DNA of 43,608 nucleotides from Atractiella rhizophila (Eukaryota): NCBI GenBank assembly GCA_021432655.1, contig MU271292.1, positions 62,001 to 105,608 of the forward strand, read 5' to 3'. Shown piece by piece: positions 34,924 to 43,608 of this stretch (position 1 is its first letter; each line of letters starts with the position of its first letter). The notes under the pieces were generated by a model. It saw only the letters and a program-made list of their open reading frames with translations, ran no database searches and was not told where the DNA came from. The position numbers and the translations under genes were made by a program.

Positions 34924-36290
34924 AACTTGCGCGTCCGTCATCCTCCTTACCTTTTTATACCCTCTCTGTCCGCGAAACTCTGTTCTCTCGGGCGAAACCA
35001 AATCATACCGCCCGTCTTCCGCCCGACAGACGTACTGGACAGCTTCTTACGAAGGCAATGACAAAATCTCGTATGGGACCGCGAATGATCAGTTGGGGTG
35101 GACCTTCTTCTAGTTCAAGTCTACTGTCAAACGGAGATTCTTGAGTAGGACTGGTCCACCCGTGACCAGCATTAGGGTCATCTGCTAGTAGCACGGGTCC
35201 ACCCGCGATTGGTAGGCACCGAAAACCTTTGGGTTGAAGTCCCAAGGCTAGAAGATTGCTGTTTTTGGTCTTCTAGGCATGCTTTGTGCCTCTCAACAAT
35301 TCGCCAAGCCTTTAACAGTGTCTTCTTCCATCTTCATGGCACCTATCTTGAGAATGACATGGGCGAATGCTTAGAAACTCGGCAAAATGTTGAAAAGCAA
35401 ACGTGAGGAAAGCAGCTCTGAGCTGATGTGGTTCTTGAGTTCCACAGGAACTTGCACCCTTTCACCCGTCAATACGGGTGCTTCAATTTATCCTTCACTA
35501 GAAGGAGAGATGGTTTCTGAGGGAAGGGAGATTGCAGAAATTTAATGAACTTTGGACCTGATGGAGGAAGCATATTGTCTTTGAAATGCTGCACGATACG
35601 ATGTTCGGATGCTCGGTAGTTTGTAGATATGGAAGAATTATGTGGTTCTCCTGTATCCGCTAGTTCCATCGCAAAACAGCGCATCTTACCATGTCCTTTA
35701 GCGTCTATTATCAAAATATTGAAAGAGCGTGAGAGCCCGCGATGCAGCACAGACTACCAACTCCATTTCTTCAAGGACAGCCTCATGTTTCCCATATGGA
35801 GTACTCAAGTTCAAGGTCGTCCTATGGGACTTTGAGAGCTTCGTGACGTTTCAACCCTTTTATATCGCGGTAGATTTTCACCATTTTATTTCCTTCACAG
35901 ACTGACATGAGATGGTCTATTGCATTAAGAAAGAAAGATATCAATAATAGGGGTTTGAAGGCGATTTTCAATGGACAAAGATGGTGCTCCATTTCAATTG
36001 AGGCAAGGCCGTAAGTGCGCCTTATCGTATCCTTCAGTTTCCGCTGAGCATACGAGCAAGCAATCCAGCGAGGATCTGATTGAGGTGAGGGGTTCGGCTG
36101 TAAGAGCACCTTCCAATTTAGGTGACCGGGTCTTGTGGCCACTTTCTCCTGTCGAGCTTCAACTAAGTCGAAGGTGCCACATCTGTGATAAAAATCTTTG
36201 GCACTTCTCGGCTGCACTTCAGCATTATTTGGAGGAAGTCTCTCTGATACCTCTGATATGTCCTACTCATCCCTGATTGTGAATCATCCG

Positions 36291-37912
36291 TTAAATATCA
36301 GCCGGAAGCATGACGGGGTCGAAAGCTGCATCAATGTCGTGGCCGTAAAACCGACAAGTCCATTGCTCCCACATTCTATCAGCGACATCGTTGGATCGAG
36401 AAACCTGGACATGTTTCGGCTTGTCCGTCACCACAGGGAACAGGCGGCTGCCGAGATCTCCCCATTGTTTCGATGGGGAGATGAGGTGCAGGAGTTCCAA
36501 GGACTCTAGACCCGATGTGGGGAGGGAAATTGTCGTTAAAATATTGCACAACTCGACAATGAGCAGTCGGAGATGAGGCAGCTGTAGATGCGAGAGAAAA
36601 GTGTATGCTTCTCCCTTTATTGCGCCACGAATGCATAGGAGCGACAGGGATTGACACTGATTGATGAGTTTGGACAAGGAGAGAGGAGTCTGATCACCGT
36701 AGAATTTGCGCTGCCAATCATAGAAGCAAAGATTTAGAGAGGTAAGGTTACCGTGTAACAAGATAGACAGGAATTCTGAGCAACTTGGGGGGTCGATGAT
36801 GGTGTTGTCGGCTAGATCCAACCTCCGAACCGTATCTGCGAGACCATGGAACCAATCGCGAGAAGAAGGCCAGTCAACAATACAATCATAGAGCTCGAGC
36901 GAGAGGATAGAGTCCTGTACCTGCACCATCAACTCTGGCGGAGGCTCCGAGATGCTGAACGCCCCCACGGAGAGGTGTCGCAGTCGTGGAGAAGCCCCGA
37001 GATGTGGAAACACGCTGAAAAGTTCATTCTCGGTCCTTGCGACATCACCCCATACTCTCAAGAACTGCAGGCACGGTAGCTCTGGCAGCGAGATGTCGTC
37101 ATCTACTTTGATGTTGAGCGACACCAGGGTGGCGAACGGTGCAATGAGTAGTCTGATTTCAGCGCTCGCCATACTCAGAGCCTTTAACGTGGTGGGCAAA
37201 ATGGCTCTTAGACCAGCTGGAAGGGCTATCCTGGATAATAGTAATGTCTTGAGTGCCAAAGTTGGGAAGAGTAGAAGGTCAGATTCTTGCAGCCTGACAT
37301 TGTGAAATGTCAAAGACTCAAGCGAGGACGGTACGAACTTTCGAGGAAAAATAGGTGTAAGATCCTCCCCGTTAGAATAAACCTGCAAAATCTTCAAGCG
37401 AGGCAAAGCGGGCAAATTGACGAAAACTTTATCCGCAGAACGAAGAATCGCCAAATGTTCCAGGTGGTCTTTAACGGAGAGAAGCAGCCGGAAAATGTCA
37501 GGCATTGTGAGCCCTGAGCGCGGAAGAGAAATTCCAATGGCCTGCACCCAGTGGCACCACTCTGGATTCACTTCCAATGTCTTCGTCACGGCCTTGATTT
37601 GTCGTTGTGAGCGATGACAGCCGAAAGTGGGCACTCGATACATGTAGCTTCGACAAATTGTCGTCCAACGTGGAGATACCAGACAGAGGCGAGCCATTTC
37701 TGCTCGAGCGGATGCGTAACAGTCGTGCTTAAAAACAATATGTGCACCATTATCGACGTAAGATTTGTAACTATTGTCAATGACTTGGATGAGGATCTCT
37801 GTTGGGAGGGGAAGGTCGTGTCCTGAGCATAAGTTTGCTTAGCAGTAGAATAATTTAGGAACTTTGGAGACGGACCGAGGTTAACATTCTCGCCATTTCC
37901 ACCGCTCCACAT
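36291..37912 (-). CDS. F-box + LRR (RNI-like) protein
   Basis: Short exon from ATG 37912 splices (phase 1) to DLPLPTEILIQVID...MARLCLVSPRW...MYR F-box, followed by ~450 aa of LxxLxL repeats. Confidence 0.82.
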
Positions 37913-38712
37913 GTCTCCTAGATCAACTAAAGCCCTCAAAATCTGCAAGCTGCTAACCACCATTGCGCCGCAAAACGCTTTCAACTTCTAATGTATCGAA
38001 TTGCACGGAGGAGAAATTCTTGATCGCTTTAATAGGCGGCAGGCAGCAGCTCGTCAGCAGAGAATACACCAAACCTGTTCTCTTTGGTCCGCCACCTGGC
38101 GCAGTCAGTGGAAACCGCGGAGAGGACTCTTTCGCCCGTTACAAACATTGAATTTGTCCTGCCTTCCGTTCAGCAATCCAGATGTATCCGCCGATGTATT
38201 TACTCATACGTGCTGATTGACGTTCTGTCGGAGGAATGTCACAGGTTCTGGATTTGGCAGCCTCGACGTGATGTGGGGTATGACTATATGACTATCCGTG
38301 GAAGTGCGCGTGAAAACGAAATGTAAACGTTTGAGGGCAGAGCTGGATCGTATTCATATCGACGGAGGACATGAAGGGGAGAAAGGTCGAGACTGTTTAA
38401 TAGCGGGGGTGCCTCAGGTCGTGAAATCACGCCAGATAGGAAAGGATATTCATGTTGACGGCATGGCTGAGGCAAGAGCGGTTTGTACTGTGAGCTCTCT
38501 ATGGCATTCCCTGTCCGCTAGCCGTTGTCTATGATGGCGATGCCGTGCGCCACGCAAGCGGTGTGAGGGAACAATGCTTGCACTACCAAACCGATAGAAC
38601 CACAAACGAAACAAAGACGTATCCTGCTTCGAATTTTCATGAGAACTGCTCCGAGTCTGTAATGTTGGAGAGACGTACCAGTACCTCAAACTTCTTTGGG
38701 ATGGGACTCGAA

Positions 38713-39115
38713 TCAATCCCTCCTCCTCTCGAACCACCTGTTCCTTCCTAGTGCTACGATCATGAAATCCATCGTCCACTCTCCCATCCTACACAAAACG
38801 CAAAAAACATGGTAACAACCCTGGAACCCCGGGGGGGAAACAAGGACAAGTGGACTAACTCAAGGTAGATGCCCACTAGCTGCCTGATATCCTTTCCCTG
38901 GATCCGAGAGACGGCTAATGTGAGCCCGGTAGATCTCTGTGTACACATACGATATGAAAACATGATCCACGCAAGAGGATGGATGGAAGGAGATACCTTG
39001 ATGCCTGCAAGGGCTACAGAAAGGAGGAGGGCGTCAAAGGCATAATGAATCAACTTGAAATTGTCATGAGCAGTGTGCGCCATAGACTTAGGGAATAACT
39101 CACAGACCCAAACAT
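38713..39115 (-). CDS. DUF1748 small fungal protein, 4 exons
   Basis: Spliced MFGSLIHYAFDALLLSVALAGIKRSTGLTL...YLEMGEWTMDF...RWFERRRD*. Confidence 0.85.
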
Positions 39116-39376
39116 GTTTCCTAGCTTTCCGTGTGAAAATGGACGCTAAGGAGGAAGGTGCAAGTATTATCGATGAGAGTTGATGATACGGAAGGAGGAA
39201 TGATGATGTTCCGCGGATTTGATCATCATCATCTCCCTCTCGCGTATCGGTCCGTCACCCTCAAAACCCTTCATCGAAGGCCCATTCCCCTCAGACAACT
39301 CCACCGATCCACCATCCATTCCTCACTTTTTCATTCTCACTTCTCACTTTTCCCTTTTCAATAACGAGCGTTCGAA

Positions 39377-42242
39377 ATGGCGGCAATTGAAAGCGCTGAA
39401 ATATCTGGGGAAGAGCTCAAGCAGAATACGGTCATCGTCGTCCTTGGAGCCTCGGGCGATTTGGCTAAGAAGAAGGTGCGTATCTCCTTTGTCTCATTGC
39501 ATTATCGTCATCTTGTCAGCATCGTGTTGTTTTGCGAGTTGGGGTGATGGGACGATAATTATGGACAGTGTGACATCAAATGCTTCTTTCCATGCTTCTC
39601 GCAACGATAAGCGATTTCGGTACTTTCTTACATACATACAGGGTATATGATGCTTATCGTTCAAGCGCTAGAGCGCTAACAAGCTAGATTGAGGCAGAGT
39701 GGTGATCGGTCATCAGCAACATATTCCTCTTTGCGTCTGTTTGCTTTTCTTGTGCATCCATCAACCAGCTCCTCTCATTTCGAAGAGTTGCATACATAAT
39801 GGCGTTGCGATATGAACATTATCGGCATCCCACTTGCTTTCTTCCTTCTCAGACTCTCCCCCGAGGCCTTCAACCTTCCTCTCCAACCTACACGGCCACA
39901 AGCCCCAAAACCCCAGCTAGAGCACAGGTTTTCGGTGGCACCTGGACTGCTGTTCACTGTTCACGTTCTTACCCCGCCTCACACTTATCCAACCATTATC
40001 CGATAACCAATCTCCCGAACTCAATTACTAGTCTACATTCTTAATTTCGGATAAAGAAGGATACGTTGCTAACATGATTCTGCTGTTTTGCGATAGACAT
40101 ACCCCGCCCTGTTTGGTCTCTACTTCAATGGATTCCTCCCCGAGGGATTACACATTGTAGGATATGCGAGAACCAAAATGGATCACGATGTAAGTCTCAG
40201 ATTACCCATCCCATCCACCCATCTCCCCTCCGATCCTGTCCTTTCAAGGGATAGGTGGAATGTGGACCGCCACATTTACTGTCACTTACTGATGACATTG
40301 CTTGCGCTGGCCAACAGGAGTACCTAAAGCGAATCACGCAATACATCAAGACCCCCATCCCCGCTCAACAGCAAAAGCTGAAGGAATTCCTCACCATTTG
40401 TACTTACGTTTCTGGCATGTCACCCTCTTTCAACCCAAAGAGTTTCGGCTGATCCTATACTTCGTTGTGGTCAATAGGGCAATACGATAAAGACGACGGG
40501 TTCCAGGATTTGGAGAAAGAGCTCCAGCGGATCGAGAGCGGTTATAAGGGCAAAGAGCGCAACGTATGTGATTTCATCCTTTTCCCATCGTTTCGTCTCA
40601 TTCAGATTCCTGGCGACTCTGTGGGGAAATAGCGTATATTCTACATGGCCCTCCCTCCCTCTGTCTTCATCCCAGTCTCTAAAGGATTGAGGAAGAATAA
40701 CCACACTAGTGCTGGAATCAATCGGATCGTGGTCGAGAAACCTTTCGGGAAGGACCTGGCGAGCAGTAGGGAGATGATGGGTGAGCTGAAAGCGCTCTGG
40801 ACCGAGGACGAGGTTCGTTTCCACCACCATTTGCGTACCTAAGAGGGGTAATTGATCGTGATGGTGGGCATGAACAGACCTACCGGATCGACCATTACCT
40901 TGGTAAGGAGATGGTGAAGAACCTCCTCATTCTCAGATTCGGAAACGTCCTTCTGGACCATTCGTTCAACAAGCACCTCATCTCGAATGTCCAAATCACT
41001 TTCAAGGAACCATTCGGAACTGAGGGAAGGGGAGGTTACTTTGATGAGTTTGGAATTATCAGAGACGTGATGCAAAACCGTTGGTTTCCCCCTTGGAATA
41101 TCGAGCTTCATTGCTGATGTGCCTTCGGCTGGGCGCAGATCTACTCCAAGTCCTTTCCATCCTTACGATGGAACGACCCGTGTCTTTCTCCGCTGAGGAT
41201 ATCAGGGACGAGAAGGTGAAGGCTTTGAGGTATATCGCGCCGTTGAGAAAGGATCAAGTCCTCCTTGGACAATATGTTGGTAATGGGGAGAAGCCTGGAT
41301 ATCTCGAAGATGACACTGTGCCTAAAGGTCAGTTTGCTCCTGTCCAATACCTATAAGAAAGTTGTGTAGCTGACAATGTGGGATATCACAGGATCCATCT
41401 GTCCCACTTTCGCTGCTATCGTTATGTACATCAACAACCAACGGTGGGAGGGGGTTCCGTTCATTCTTAAAGCCGGCAAGGGTACGCTTCCCGTTATACA
41501 TCGTTACTACATCTTGTTAATGTGTGATCTTGGACTACAGCTTTGAACGAACAAAAGACTGAAATTCGAATCCAGTACAAGGACGTGACCCAAGGAATCT
41601 TCAAGGACATCGCCAGGAACGAGCTTGTCATCCGAGTCCAACCTGGAGAGGCAGTCTACCTCAAGATGAACGCGAAAGCACCTGGTCTTCATATGCGCAC
41701 CGTGCCAACGGAAATGGACCTGACGTATAAGAGGAGGTTCTCGGATCTCAGGATCCCCGAGGTCAGCCTTTTCATCTGTCTCCCGTCGTCCATTTTGATT
41801 GAAGGATGTGTGGATGTCGATGTGTAGGCATACGAAGCTTTGATCCTCGACTGTTTCAAGGGCGACCACTCCAATTTCGTCCGAGATGACGAACTCGATA
41901 TCGCCTGGAAGATCTTCACCCCCATCCTTCACTGGATCGAAGGAGAGAAACCGAAGCCGCTCCCTTATAAGTACGGAAGTCGCGGACCCGAGGAACTGAC
42001 GGAGTATATTCACAAATTCGCAGATTACAAGAGGAACGACCGGTAAGCATCATCCTTACTCTTTCTCCTCCCTGCCTGCGAGGAGGAGTCACCACTCTAA
42101 AGGCAGTTTATACATGGCTGAGAGGTCCTTAGGCCGGGACAGAAGCCAAGGTTATGATTAGGATTGGATACTGATGTCGTCTGCTTGTGTTGACAGTGGC
42201 TACAACTGGCCTCGTACTCAGGTTTCGCAGGGGAATGAATAA
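39377..42242 (+). CDS. ZWF1: Glucose-6-phosphate 1-dehydrogenase, multi-exon
   Basis: [110 protein letters not shown]; stop TAA 42240-42242. Confidence 0.98.
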
Positions 42243-42578
42243 AGAGGATCTACGTCATGACGATGCGCGACGAATGTAACTTGCTCGATCGAATGGAGGG
42301 TGTGTTGGGGAAAAGGATGTCAAAACACTTACTAACTTGCCATTGTCATTTATATGAAGAAACAAATGATGTGAAACCAGATCTTATAACTCTCTCCTCA
42401 CTCTCGTGTGCTGTGAATAACCTGAACATCCTCGTTTTGAGAATGACATGAATATCAACTTGCCTGGAACAACAAAATGAATGGCACGATAACGCCTAGC
42501 TGACTGGGAGGAAAAGGAGGACAACCTAGAATTTTCTGATTGCCTACTTGTTGGGAACTTGCAGCCCGTTTTGCTACT

Positions 42579-43608
42579 TTATGCCCAAATTTTGCGAAAC
42601 TTCTCGTCGAACTCTTGCTTAAGTAAGGAGATTGCCACGTATATATTCCAATCACCTTGCTGCTCACGATCCATTCAGCGGATTGCTCATCAGGACGTAA
42701 GAGGGAATGGCACACTTTGACGGATGCTGGTCTCTCCATGATATCCTCTTTCGCTTCTCCCTCTGCCTCCAGCTCGTTCTGGAGCTCCATGACGCCCTCA
42801 TCGCTTTCATCTGCTACACCACGCTTCTTTGCTGCCTCCACGAGCACATTCCAGATTGCCTCCTTGGCAGTTGCGATGCAAAGCGACAGGTTTTGAAGGA
42901 GATACCAAACATTTCCCCTCTTTATCCCGTTCCCTTTCAATAAATCGGGTACCGAACCATGTCTTTCATTTCAGAATGTATGGTTAGTCCTTGGAGTAGA
43001 GGCAGAAGGAGGAACTCACTTAAAGAAATCGAATGCGTAAGCATTCAATGCAATGTCTTCGTCTTTGGCCGTGAACATGTCAAAGGTTGGAACGGCATGC
43101 TTGTTCAGGTGAACCCCTTCGCGAACACTTTCTACCAACTCCTTGATAGTGGCGTTGTGGAAGTCGTCGGTGTGCCCTGATTGACCAGCAAAAACGGATC
43201 GAGTGCGGAGAGGTATAGATCTGTTCTTCATTTGATTGATGAAGGGAGAACAATCGGGTGTGTCCGTTGGGAAAGACAATCGACTGAGAGGAAGGCAGGT
43301 TTCAGCTGGAAGGGATGCTGCGTGCTGTTGCGAATCTACAACAGCGGTCAGTTAGACACCAACAGAAATGGCATAGGATGCACAGGTGATTGCGTAACCC
43401 TTGAAAACGTCGACGATAAGAGCATTGTGATGTTTTAAGACATTGACTGCCTTTTGTGGCAGGGAAGGGAGTACTACGACAGACGATGTATTCTTGATCC
43501 TCTCTTGCATGAGGTAGGGAGAATTTTTTCGAAACTCGACACGACCAAAGCAATGGCACACGACGAGCATGAGATCTTCTATCGTAGACTTTGGTTTTGT
43601 GGTTATGT
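42579..43608 (-). CDS. 3' end of a DDX60-like (Ski2-type DExD/H) helicase; runs off the window
   Basis: FAGQSGHTDDF, LNAYAFDFFK, NGIKRGNVWYLLQNLSL and terminal exon DWNIYVAISLLKQEFDEKFRKIWA* resemble the C-terminus of fungal DDX60 homologues; helicase motifs are outside the window. Confidence 0.75.

Noticed and set aside
42105..42161. Third possible G6PD acceptor (ggcag 42105)
   Set aside because: Would give ..[17 protein letters not shown] with no targeting signal or conserved motif; no support

Overview
Eukaryotic, intron-rich fungal genomic DNA (GT-AG introns mostly ~45-60 nt; gene content fits a basidiomycete), so the prokaryote-style ORF track fragments most genes. Conserved genes: ferroportin, a DUF1349/Ree1-like gene, allantoinase, a spherulin/germin-like cupin, a fungal AAA+ ATPase, DUF1748, glucose-6-phosphate dehydrogenase and the 3' end of a DDX60-like helicase. 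These are interleaved with fast-evolving defence/conflict material: a patatin-NB-ARC-TPR NLR with a high-identity 120-bp repeat array and an apparently catalytically dead patatin, a tandem F-box/LRR-like family, and a Crinkler-type gene (two CRN ubiquitin-like N-termini + PD-(D/E)XK nuclease-like region + kinase). The Crinkler gene lies next to a decayed hAT transposon end and a palindromic 20-bp minisatellite, and this block is bracketed by ~200-bp direct repeats. Two near-perfect tandem duplications (2561 bp and 1143 bp) each create a chimeric gene and may be real or assembly artefacts. The G6PD last intron hides an alternative 3' exon that would end the enzyme in a PTS1-like -KPRL. All gene models were read by eye; no searches were run.
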